Below, one piece after another: positions 1 to 11,089 of a stretch of 40,091 nt of DNA. The DNA is from Nemertoderma westbladi (taxonomy: Eukaryota > Animalia > Xenacoelomorpha). The translations under genes and the position numbers were made by a program. The notes under the pieces are model-generated. The model was not told the DNA's origin. It made no database searches and worked only from the letters and a program-made list of their open reading frames with translations. The stretch covers positions 1 to 40,091 of the forward strand of contig JAUCBJ010006571.1 of the NCBI GenBank assembly GCA_032718475.1, given 5' to 3'. The number at the start of each line of letters is the position of its first letter. Within the stretch, counting starts at the first letter, position 1.

Positions 1-11
1 GTAGTGCAAAA

Positions 12-1118
12 ATGGTTGTTCTAAACGACTGTAACAAGAGAATTCTTACCGAAGCTCCTACGTTTCTGGAAAACCTAGCAGTGATAGAAAGTTCAGATGA
101 GATTATAATAGAAGGTACATCATATAAAATAAAGCGTAAAGCTGGGAACATATTGATCCTCAAACCGATAGATGTTTGTTCAACTTCACAATCAGTAGGC
201 CTACGACCACGGGGCAGTGAAATTGACACAAACAAACCAATAGCCGGAAATACCAGCAACACAGAATGGGAACAACTGGCAAAGGCAATGATGAAACGTT
301 TGGTCGGCAGTATGGCCGGCACTGATGATGGACCTCACGCCTTACCTGTGGAACAAAGCTCTGGATTGGAACTCTCAGAGACGCTCACCGCAGATCGCCC
401 TTTGCCAAGACAAGTTATAGCAAATTTACGCTATAGGAGGCGATTCATTGAATTGCAAGATGTTGCTAGTTATGATGACGTACAGCGGAACAAGTCAGGA
501 GGCAAGTCAGGAAATCGCATCGCGTCCTCAGGGGGTCTGTTATCAGCCTTACTGACACTCATTAGATACAGGAGTGGCCTATTTCCTGAAGATCGCGAAG
601 CTATGCTCGTGTATTATGCTAACCTACAAGACATGGCGCCACACTATAGCTTCGAATACCTAGCAAGGATAGACAGAGACCATCGACTGCGTGTTGAAGC
701 GGGGACGGATTGGGACAAAGAAATCCGTATAAGGAAACCCAATCCGGAAGATTTAATACGCTCCTGCTACCGTTGTGAGTATTGGCACCTTGGCCCATGT
801 TCTGCGACAAATTTGCAGAAAACGAAACGCCCATTTAACATGTTTAACACATCTGGGCGGGGGTACCAGGCTGATGTGCACGATGGACGTCCTCATTGCA
901 CTTACAGATGGTGTGGCAAGACCGGACACACATATGAGCAATGTTACAAGCGAATGCGCGCAGAATCAGCAGAACAAGCCGGTGTAGCGCTTGATTCAGC
1001 ACAGGGCTTCCGAAGTTCTGCATCTGAAACAGGGTCGGCAGCGAATCTACCAAAAATTATACCGAAAAAGTTTGCGGGAAATTTCACGCAATCCAAAGTT
1101 CAGCAGCCCCCTATTTAG
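12..1118 (+). CDS. Gag-like ORF1 of YR retrotransposon
   Basis: 368-aa ORF with DIRS/Ngaro gag-like helical core (FPEDREAMLVYYANL...YLARIDRDHRLR...DWD) and C-terminal Cys/His knuckles CYRCEYWHLGPC and CTYRWCGKTGHTYEQC. Frame is open to the window edge, so the start could be upstream. Confidence 0.75.
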   Translation: MVVLNDCNKRILTEAPTFLENLAVIESSDEIIIEGTSYKIKRKAGNILILKPIDVCSTSQSVGLRPRGSEIDTNKPIAGNTSNTEWEQLAKAMMKRLVGSMAGTDDGPHALPVEQSSGLELSETLTADRPLPRQVIANLRYRRRFIELQDVASYDDVQRNKSGGKSGNRIASSGGLLSALLTLIRYRSGLFPEDREAMLVYYANLQDMAPHYSFEYLARIDRDHRLRVEAGTDWDKEIRIRKPNPEDLIRSCYRCEYWHLGPCSATNLQKTKRPFNMFNTSGRGYQADVHDGRPHCTYRWCGKTGHTYEQCYKRMRAESAEQAGVALDSAQGFRSSASETGSAANLPKIIPKKFAGNFTQSKVQQPPI

Positions 1119-1458
1119 ACACATGAGTCATTAGTCATGAACTAGATAACTCAAACAGCAGACTATTATTATATTCTCTTGAATACATATATAATCAAAC
1201 CATTGTTTATATTTCTTAATTTTTTTTTTTTTTGCATGTGCGTCATATACTACGAATAATCCTGTGCAAGCGCACTGCAATACTTGCTTATTGAAATTTA
1301 CTTTATAACTCATAAATTACTCACGTGCCATACATATTTAGGTTCGCAAATACAGTATGTGTTCCTCTTAATTATTAAGTACATGTATCGTTTTGTGAGA
1401 AATATTTAATAATAAATTTTATAAAAGTTTTATTTATTTTGTTTGTTACTTTGTTGCA

Positions 1459-2033
1459 TCTCACTTTGACCACAGTGTCGTTCCTGGCACTAGTCTCATA
1501 TTGACGTTTGTGTCTCACTTTGACCACAGTCAGTATCGTTTCTGGCTATAGAGTATTATATTGACCTTTGTGTCTCACTTTGACCACAGTGTCGTTCCTG
1601 GCACTAGAGTCTCATATTGACCTTTGTGTCTCACTTTGACCACAGTGTCGTTCCTGGCACTAGAGTCTCATATTGACCTTTGTGTCTCACTTTGACCACA
1701 GTGTCGTTCCTGGCACTAGAGTCTCATATTGACCTTTGTGTCTCACTTTGACCACAGTGTCGTTCCCGGCACCAAAGTCTCATATTGACCTTTGTGTCTC
1801 ATTTTGACCACAGTGTCGTTCCTGGCACCAAAGTCTCATATTGACCTTTGTGTCTCACTTTGACCACAGTGTCGTTCCTGGCACCAAAGTCTCATATTGA
1901 CCTTTGTGTCTCACTTTGACCACAGTGTTGTTCCAGGTACTAGAGAGAGTCTCATATTGACCTTTGTGTCTCACTTTGACCACAGTGTCGTTCCCGATAC
2001 AAGTGTTTCACATTAGCCCTAAATGTCTCACTT
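1459..2033. repeat. Tandem array of 56-bp unit, about 10 copies
   Basis: Unit TCTCACTTTGACCACAGTGTCGTTCCTGGCACTAGAGTCTCATATTGACCTTTGTG starts at 1459, 1513, 1573, 1629, 1685, 1741, 1797, 1853, 1909, 1969 (partial at 2026). Central copies are near identical, edge copies degenerate. Confidence 0.97.
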
Positions 2034-2679
2034 CATCTTGAACACACCTGAAATTAAAATACATCAACGGAGAGAAATGCTACAGTATATTCCATTGCCC
2101 GAAAGCAGAATTCAACTTAATCATTATTTAATAATATTTATTTTATACCATTGACATAATGGGTTTGCTCAGAGCACATAACATAGGAAGGCAGACCTGC
2201 AAGATTGTTTAAGACCACCCAGTACACACATCACCAATAAGGCTGTCTTCCAAATAATTGGCTATAAATACAGTAACTTCATATATTTAATATGTTTAAA
2301 CAAACCAGATAATTCCACAATCCAAGTCAGATTGTTTACCTCAAACTGTCCCTACAGTATATCAGGTAAAGTTATAGATCATCACTAGCCCGTGCCACTG
2401 CCTGAAGCACATGTAAATACCTGCCAAACATCTACTACTCAAACCAGACATCCTGGCGACTTTCGATTACACAAACACGTGTATTCTTCACAACTATACA
2501 GCTTTATAGCTGGCATACATTATTTAATAATTCAAATTAGCCTTATGCCAATTTATTTAATAAACAATCAATTACATTTGAGAACATTAATTCGCCAATA
2601 AGAAAATTTTGGAAAATAGGTAGACTCGATGAAAAATACTAAATTAATAGTAGTATATTTCTAAAAAGTTACGTACACT

Positions 2680-4517
2680 ATGAAGCTAGTATCTGACATA
2701 GTTAAAAGTAAACTATCAAATGAAAACAGCTACTTTATAGATGATCCAACAGACGATTTCATGAATCTCAACATACTTCGTGCGTCACACCTTATCGATA
2801 AACAACCTTCAACACCATTGAATATCCCTCAGTTGGAAGAGGATTTGAATTATGTATTGGATAAGAAAGATGCTTTACGATTGATATCTGATCTCAAAAA
2901 TGGAGTATCCATCGGTTATCAAGGACCAAGAAATACAAGAATAGAGCGAAAAAATAACCGAAGTGCAATCGAAAACGCACAAGCTGTCGATGACATTCTG
3001 TGCAGGAAATTCAAAACGGTTACCTCTCCGGTCCCTTTGAAAACCGACCATACATTTTCGAAAACACTCAACTGCAAATCGTCAATGCCCTCACACTGAG
3101 TCTTAAGCCAGGAAAAAAAGCAAGACTGTGTGTGGAATGTACAAACAATGGCATCGATACTCTTAACACATACATAAGCGACGAAAACGCAACTGTTCAA
3201 TATACTTCAGTTGACAATGTTGTTCAAAAAATAACCCAATGCGGTGGTAATGCTTACATTGGAAAGCTGGATGCAAAAGATGCTTTTAAAATAATACCAG
3301 TCGCCAAAAACGACTGGCCCCTCCTCGGCATACGTTGGCGTGGCTTGTTCTTTATCTATACAAGGCTTGTATTTGGATTGCGGACTGCCAGTCGCATATT
3401 CCAAAACTACAGTACTGCAATACGTTTAGCAATCGAACGCAGATTAAGCACAGTCGAAGTGCCAACTGAATACATTACCGACTTAGACACCTTGTCTACC
3501 CCAGTCATGCTTAGTCAAGTAAGCGAGCTTGACCATCTCCTAGATGACACCATAGTAATAACGATCCATCATCAACAGATCGCTGACCTTATTTTCAAGT
3601 TAATAATATCACATTACAATGGATTTGGTATGCCACTAAATACGAAAAAAATATTCAATCCAGCCACACAGCAGATTGTCTTTGGCGTTGGTATAAATAC
3701 AGAAAATGGTCATTTTTTTGTTCCTGAAGATAAGAGAAAGCTAGCCCTTGAAGAAATAAGAAAACTCAAAGCGGTTGAAATAGGTAGCACACTACTAAAA
3801 AGAGACGTGCAGTCCTTGATAGGTCGCCTATCATTCATTGCTAAGGCAATATGCGCGAGCCGAATATTCTTGCGTCGATTATTAGACCTGATATCTGTTC
3901 CTCTTGAACAAAGTGAATTAAAAAAGACATCAGATATAAACGACGATCTCAAATTTTGGGAAATTGCTTTAAACACATTGTCTGCTGGGGGAGCACCGCT
4001 CCAACTTCCCAAGATAATACTACCTAGTGAACACAGTCTTTATACAGATGCAACATTGTTTGCTATTGGAGTAGTCTGCGACAATCAATGGTTTGCGATG
4101 AGCTTCCCAAATTGGTTAGTAGATTTTAAAGATGACATTCAAGTTAAAGAGCTCATAGGTTTAATTATGGCAGTACTACTGTTCGGACACAAATATTCTG
4201 GGAAACGTCTGCTCATTCACACGGACAACTTGTGCAATATCGCCGCCTTAGAAAAAGGCAGCTCAAATAATAAACGAACAATGGCGATGATACGCCAACT
4301 CTATACAGTATGTACAAAACATGGGTTAATGGTATACACAAACTATGTACGGACTAACGATAATATAGCCGCAGATATGCTCAGTCGGCTTCAAATAGAA
4401 CGATTTCTCCAGGAATTCCCACATTCAGAAAATAACCCAGTAAATGTATTAGAGGCCTGGGACACCATTTCTCAAACTATTCAAGATGCTTATCACTTGA
4501 ATGCAGGTAGTATATAA
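2680..4517 (+). CDS. Reverse transcriptase-RNase H (Ngaro/DIRS-like) with one frameshift at about 3000
   Basis: Motifs GYLSGPF, VQYTSVD, KLDAKDAFKIIPV, DWPLLGIRW, LVFGLRTASRIF, HLLDD, QSLIGRLSF; RNase H LYTDAT, KEL, IHTDN, NIAADMLSR. ORF 2680-3099 (LKNGVSIGYQG...NNRSA...VDDIL) joins ORF 3000-4517 (QEIQNGYLSGPF) through a 1-nt frame change. Confidence 0.9.
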
Positions 4518-4721
4518 GTCGTAAACCACTATACCGGTCCGGTGTGTTATTTTATTTCAAATGTATTACTTATCATGTACATAATATATATACAGCATAT
4601 ATGATATGATTACCGATTAAATATGCAATAGTTTAAATCTTTTAAACGTTATTGTTCATGTTACAACCATTAATTATCAAATAAGCGTTAACAGATTAAT
4701 TTCGTTTAGAATACAGTTTAT

Positions 4722-5415
4722 TCAAACATTAAAAGTAGCAATTTTCTGCTGAGCTGCGATAATATCCTCGTCATGAGGGCGCACATATATGAGGTAGCAA
4801 TCACTGCTCCAACGCCCCATTTTCTTGATAACACCTGCTGCAATGCCACACTTGGCGGCTTCTGTGGCCAATCCAGCACGCATGCTATGACTGCTATACG
4901 TTTTTCCATAGCATTTCCGCAGCATGCTATTAAATGAAGAAGCTGTCATCCTCGAACCATCATCAAACAGAAAGAGGAAAGCATCTGCATGAGCAACACG
5001 GTCTCGGCAATGAATGTAACGTAACAAAGCAGTATATGGGCAGATGAAGCCAACAGTCTTGGCCACAGGACATGGCTGTGGTAACGCAGTGGTTTTAGTA
5101 GCGAGAACCATTAAGGTCAAATGGTCTTGATGGAATTCAACATTAGACCTCTTCAGAGCGAGTAATTCCGAAATTCGTAACGCCGAAAAGAATCCAACAT
5201 ACAAACAAGCCCTAAAGCACCGAAAATTCCATGTTGAAACTCTTCCAAAGTTTCGTTCATACTTAGAAACGAAAACACATAAGTCTTGCAGTCTTAAAGG
5301 TGTAGCTCGTTGTACAACCGAAACAGAACTATTCCTATATCCACGTAACAGCTGGGATAATCGTGAGTCATCACAATTTATTGCTACGTTCCGAATCCTT
5401 GCTTCATTCTTTTTT
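4722..5415 (-). CDS. Tyrosine recombinase (phage-integrase fold), N-terminally truncated
   Basis: Catalytic set present: ALRISEL (R), TKT (K), HSMR (HxxR), GRWSS (W), YLIYVR (Y). The frame continues upstream of the track start (KNEARIRNVAINCDDSRLSQLLRGYRN...RATPL) to about 5415, then unrelated sequence and a stop with no ATG. Confidence 0.92.
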
Positions 5416-5959
5416 GTAAGGGAGTGGAGTTTAGGCAGTGGGGCCTAAGCAATTAGAATGTGCGTACTAAGTAGGCCTAACAATAATCTTGGCAACCTCA
5501 TCGATTTATAATAAGCCTGTGTAGAAATCCATTACATAAGCCATTATTTATCATGAACACCAGCTGTTATTGGTGTTATGTTACCATTGCGTGTATGGCA
5601 CTTTTAGTTTATTTCATTTTTTGCAAAAAATAATGACAGACAGACACGACTTTCTCAAGTAAATCTGAAGATTTACAAATTACATTACTGTATGTTTAAG
5701 AAAGTCGCACCCATACAAATGATTCACTCTTTCAGTAAGTACAGTAAATAAAAAATAATTCAATAACTTTATATAGAAATATATTTATTTTCTTTAGTTT
5801 TTAACGTGTTTAGGCGCCTACTTCGAAGTCAGAGACCTTATCATGCAGTGATGCAGATTTTCCTTTCTTTGTCTGTAAGAAAACCTGAAAGTTCCATCTT
5901 GATATTCGAAACAGCCTCCTGATGAAAATTTAAAAACTATATAATCTTGGTTACTCCTA

Positions 5960-6082
5960 CTACATGCATAACCAATTTCGAAACAATTACTGAGATATTG
6001 GGGTAAAATCCTCAATCCGGAAGGACAGACAAACAAACATAGACCGACGGACAAAAATGCCGTATTTAACTGTATAGTATAG
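5960..6082. repeat. Possible Helitron/Helentron-type non-autonomous element end
   Basis: GACAGACAAACAAACATAGACCGACGGAC microsatellite-like tract followed by TGTATAGTATAG resembles DINE-1/Lep1-like rolling-circle element ends; boundaries uncertain. Confidence 0.3.
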
Positions 6083-6378
6083 CCTAATGTTCACTTACTT
6101 AGCGACTCGATTCACATACTATTATCAAGTCTGTTAAAGGTTGCCTGGCTCACCCAGAAACATAAACTGGAAACTGCAATATAAACTGACAAATTGTTGT
6201 TACCTTATAGGGATATACGTTACGATGAAACCGACGGAGATTCGTCCTTTAGTGTCGCCTTTGGGGCGCCAATAAGTAAATATATTTTGACTGGATTGGC
6301 TTCTACAGCGTTTCTATCAATATTGGCGAGTGGATTAATGACTAATCAAACTATAGTATATTATTGTGGAGGTAAGTC

Positions 6379-6409
<31 letters not shown>

Positions 6410-7784
6410 ACCCCTTCATGATTTTTTTTAAAACAGCTCTAACCTCGTGGCGTAGTTCAATATCACTTATGTTGTGTTCAACCAACTTGAAGAAGGCCAA
6501 GGTGCAACCAAAATGGAAATTGGAAAATTAGTTGTGTCCCTCTAGCGGCGAGTACCGGAATTAAATATAAGCCAAGTAGTGTGTACTTTGCATATTTAAC
6601 ATTAGCCTATGGGGAGTATCTTTGTTGTAAGATAAGTCAGGGGGAGGGAAATACAACTCAACCACTAGACAAAGCGGCTCTCTTTACTACTTTCAGCTAT
6701 CCAGGGAGGTTGATTGACAGACACTCCTAAGCTTTGATATTTAGCCGCTCTAGGTAGACTTGCATTAGGCAAGTTCCAAGTGATTTCCTAAAGGTTATTT
6801 ATTTCCTATTAGGTTCCTATTAGGATCCTATTAGGATCCAATAGGACGTTATTTGAAAGCGTTACTGTAGTTAAAATAGTATGGGGTCTGTTAATCGGTT
6901 AGTAATATTTGACACTATGGCTTCATATCAACTCACTAAAATTATCAATATTGGGGTTTTCAGGGTTTGTGAATTCATTTCCGACGACAGTTTTATTGTT
7001 TGGTTGTATCTAATATGTCTGTATCTAATCCTCTGTGCTCCTTTGGGTTGTGGTGGTGCAGATTAAGAGGGCGGTTGAAGCAAGGGGGGGGGGGGGGGGG
7101 GGGGGACTTTCCTCTCTTCTTTGATTTATTCTTATTGGCGGTTCATGGTTAAATTTCTTATCTATTTATTTAAATTTCTTGATTTACGATTTTGGGATAG
7201 AATTGCTCAATTGTAATCTGTATATGATAACTGAGCCTCGTGCTGCGCGAAGGCCCCACGAACGTGTTAAGTTGTATGATCTTTTGCTTTAGTAGCTACA
7301 GTAAGTTTAATTAAATTTTGGTGTGATTATTGGTTAATGTTTTGGAATATTATCTTCACTCACAAAGTATACAGTAGTTAGTATCAATTATAGGGGCCTA
7401 TATACTACTTTACTACTACTCACAAAGTATTATTTAATTAATTACACAAAAAACATTTTTTATTCGGCCTCGAAAAATATGCTTTAAATATTCCTCGAAA
7501 ATGCGGCTTATAAAGTCGGACAAAAAATGCTAATTTATTTTCGTAAAACAAATAGTTATTATGTTAGTTTAGTTTCTTTTTGTAAAAGAAACGTTTTCGC
7601 CCATGTGAAGAATACCAGGATTTCACTTTTCGGTCGACTGTTTATTTGAATTTTACATATGAAGATTTTTTATTTTTTTTAATTTATCTTTATTAAGTGT
7701 TTTATAGCGCTTATTTCTGTCTTATAACCTGTACATATACTAATTCGTTTATTGTTTTGGTTAGATTCAGCCCTTCTGTAACCT

Positions 7785-8005
7785 GTGATTTTTGTGAAAA
7801 CCTGGTATTCTTCACATGGGGGTAACTGCAAAGTGAAATATAACGGCAGAAATCCTGGTATTCTTCACATGGGGGTAACTGCAAAGTGAAATATAACGGT
7901 AGAAAGTCTGGTATTCTTCACATGGGTCCTTCATGCAGTCCTATCCTTCGGGCCCCTACCCCACACCTACCCAAACCATTTGCAAAACATATTTGCATTG
8001 TTAGA
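7785..8005 (+). repeat. Left copy of a direct repeat flanking a LINE; contains 53-bp subrepeats
   Basis: CTGGTATTCTTCACATGGG recurs with a 53-bp period (7801, 7854, 7907), with an inverted copy at 7600-7626. The block matches 9561-9726. Confidence 0.9.
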
Positions 8006-9560
8006 TATATATATTATTCATTTATTCCAGACATACTATGTCCATAGTAAAAATAGGTAATTAATAAATTATACATACACAATACACGGTAACAGCACAA
8101 AACCATAAAATTATTAAGATAAGTATGTAATGTAGGCCTACCTTACTTTTATAGTATTTCCGACAATAAGTATTTCCGACAATAAGTAAGTATATTGTAT
8201 AATTATTTAAATTCACAAAAGTAGACTTGTGTTGCGCATTGTGTGCAACCGTGACGTCTCTGACGTCACTCTTATGGTCGCCTTAATAAGAGAGTTATCA
8301 CAGTTATTTACACGATTAAACAAACTTTCTATTGATTTGTGCCGCAAATGAATAAAACAAGGTAAATTGTTTACACCGAAAAATAATGACATACTTTCGC
8401 CCGATTGTAAAGAGAATAATAGCCTAGGTGCCCTATTGTATGCTACCTTAAGTCTGTTATAAACTGTAGAGGAATAATTACTTCGCGACCATAAAGAGTT
8501 ACAATACAGCGGAGTTATAAAAGCACGAAATAGTAGGATTTTGACGGATGTAGAGCAATGTTTAAACTTACGCACCAAGGTATTTGCCCTAGCGTACAGA
8601 CTTCAAGTAAATTTACGAATGTCAAAATCGTCATCCCAAGACTCGTGAAATAGATGACATAGGTACATCCATTTATCGGTTCTAGAGATTTGTTTACCAT
8701 ATAGGTTGTAACTGTTATAACTACTTGACAAAAAATACATAACTTTTGTTTTCTTTAGATTAAATAAAATATTATTATAATTTTGCGCATATTTAAAACA
8801 ACAATTTATCAAATTTTGTAATCCTACTGCTGAGTTAGAAATCAAACAAATGTCATCGGCATACATAATGTGATTTGTCCTACAACCATCTAATAAGCAC
8901 CCAGTATTTGTACTTACTAAACTGTAACTAATTCGGTCCATATATACATTGAAAAAATACCCACTTAAGATCCCCCCTTGTTTTACACCATTTGATACTG
9001 CAAATTTCTCTGAATATGAACTTCCTCATTTAACCTGTAACGTCTGCTCTCTGTACCAGTATGCAATTACGCGAACTATATACTTTGGTATATAGTATAC
9101 TTTGGTATAGGTACTATATACCTTTAAGAATAAGTTTCGTCGTGTGTCGTGGCAAACTCTGTCGAATGCCTTACTTGAGTCAAGAAAACAGACATAAACT
9201 GATGAGCCATTATGTAAATAATAATCGATTATTTCTTTGAGGGTAAATAAACATATACAATATATATACAACAATATACAATATACTCTGTACCACTTTT
9301 ACGCTTAAAAGAATATTGGTAATCCCTAACTATTAAATTCGATTCAATCCGCGATAACATTATATACTCGAATAATTTGCTAAATATTGATGCAATTGCT
9401 ATCGGACGATAATTTGATTTATCGCTAATTGAACCGTTTTTATCTTTGATAATTGGTATAAGCAAACAATGGAGATTGTACTATTAGGTAATACACCATG
9501 AACAAATATTGCTGATGCTAGCTTAGCGAGAAGTGTATTGAGCAAGTTGCTATTGCCGTG
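8006..9560 (-). mobile_element. Decayed 5'-truncated non-LTR retrotransposon (LINE ORF2 RT region)
   Basis: Frameshifted RT pieces: PIIKDKNG..NYRPIA, CFLDSSKAFDRV, GVKQGGILS, IMYADD, LLFRAFITPLY; AT-rich 3' tail at about 8006-8026. Confidence 0.88.
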
Positions 9561-9726
9561 GTGATTTTGGTGAAAACCTGGTATTCTTCACATGGGGTTA
9601 ACTGCAAAATGAAATATAACGGCAGAAAGTCTGGTATTCTTCACATGGGTCCTTCATGCAGTCCTATCCTTCGGGCCCCTACCCCAAACCTACCCAAACC
9701 ATTTGCAAAACATATGCATTGTTAGA
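9561..9726 (+). repeat. Right copy of direct repeat flanking the LINE
   Basis: Near-identical to 7785-8005 minus one 53-bp unit; both copies end in GCATTGTTAGA. Confidence 0.9.
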
Positions 9727-9757
9727 AGGTGAGGGGGGGGAGGAGCCCTTTCCTTGC

Positions 9758-9906
9758 ACAGTATATTGACCTCCACTCGGCTACCTCAGACAACTATGCA
9801 GCGCAACTAGACAGACAACCAATATAATCAACTCACCTTCCTTCACCCTAATTGGTTGTCAGGCTAGCAGCTGCGTTAGCTTAGGGTAGCTGTGTCAATG
9901 TACGGT
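9758..9906. mobile_element. Degenerate fold-back / MITE-like inverted repeat
   Basis: ACAGTATATTGAC..GCTACC..GCAGC..GACAACCAAT is mirrored by ATTGGTTGTC..GCTGC..GGTAGC..GTCAATGTACGGT. Confidence 0.55.
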
Positions 9907-9934
9907 AATATACTGTAGTAAATGTAACCCATTG

Positions 9935-9987
9935 CTACTGCCAATGGTGTTCTATACTAATTTAGTATAGAACGCCATGCTACTGCC
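9935..9987. mobile_element. P-element-like excision footprint (two TIR stubs plus 8-bp TSD)
   Basis: CTACTGCC | AATGGTGTTCTATACTAA T TTAGTATAGAACGCCATG | CTACTGCC: 18-bp imperfect inverted arms between perfect 8-bp direct repeats. Confidence 0.7.
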
Positions 9988-11089
9988 CAGCCTAACTGGT
10001 TCATTCCATTACATTAAATACTAAAATAATACGTCGTTCTGGAATGAATATTTATGACATTGGCTTCTGCTATCCGTTCGTTGACTACCATCAATCATCA
10101 AGGGCCCTCCTATTTTGTTTCAATTGAATACTACTCTAATCGGGAATGCTTTATGAATGGTGGGTGCTATGTGTACAAATATTTATTTTATTGATCAGCC
10201 AGAAATAAATAAATGAGGATGTTATATCAGTAAGATCCAGGACCTGTTGGGACCACGACAGCTGCCCCGGTTGCCCCTCCCTCCCCCATCATACCGGTAG
10301 CTAAATAATCATAATAAAAAATAATAAGAAATAATACTTTTGGTTTTGTTTTATTTTAGTCTCGTTGCTTATAGTTGTAGTCAGTCAACAGATCTACGCG
10401 ATAGACCTCACAGACAAGAGCGATTGCGAACGCATCTACGCTTCGACAATGGATATACAAGCAATGGGTTGTCTAGGGTTATTTGTCAGTTCGATAATAA
10501 AAGGAATATTTTAATATTATTCGATGACTGTAGTTACTGTATATAACAAATATATAGTGAGTATATATATACACTGCCTAGGTATTTGATTTATACCGAT
10601 TAATACGTTATAGTTAACAATGAAACAGTAAAGACATAACATAAGTAATTATTGTTTATTTCTAACATTATTACATGCTGCTAGTTCCTCACTGTAACTT
10701 CGTTACATTATTGTGTAAAAAGTAGCGTTTTTCAGCGTTACGTCATGACCTAGTGTATATTATGTATCGAGTGAGCGCAGCGAGGATTACATAAATAAAC
10801 GAGGTTCATACACGCTGAATAGTGCCATTTTCGCACAATGGTGTGCGCAATTTTGTTACATTATGTCAACTTCTCGACATTCTGTATGCTTAGTTATTAA
10901 CTTTAGTATTGCAAAATGTTTATTTTGATGAAATGCAATTAATTGCAGTTACTGAAACAACTGCACGGTAAATAATTTTACACTTAGTCTAGAATGACTA
11001 TCATGACTGGAGAATTCCTCAACACCTGTTCTAGAAATTGATTGTTACTATCCATCCTATCCGCGTTTAAAACAGGCTTTAGCTGAGTC

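Larger units (their letters stand above)
1..5415 (+). mobile_element. Tyrosine-recombinase (DIRS/Ngaro-type) retrotransposon, incomplete; gag and RT/RH on +, YR on -
   Basis: Gag with zinc knuckles, DIRS/Ngaro-type RT-RNase H and a tyrosine recombinase lie within 5.4 kb; no protease or DDE integrase. Left end is outside the window, right end is cut at about 5415, terminal repeats not visible. Confidence 0.85.

Noticed and set aside
1459-2033. CRISPR array next to an RT and an integrase
   Set aside because: Sequences between the conserved motifs are repeated, not unique spacers; no cas genes; the context is eukaryotic with spliceosomal introns.
2680-5415. Bacterial retron, DGR or prophage integrase module
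   Set aside because: RT is fused to RNase H with DIRS/Ngaro motifs and has an upstream gag; no TR/VR pair or msr-msd seen.
6803-6847. 11-bp CCTATTAGG repeat, 4 copies
   Set aside because: Short local slippage repeat with no functional context.
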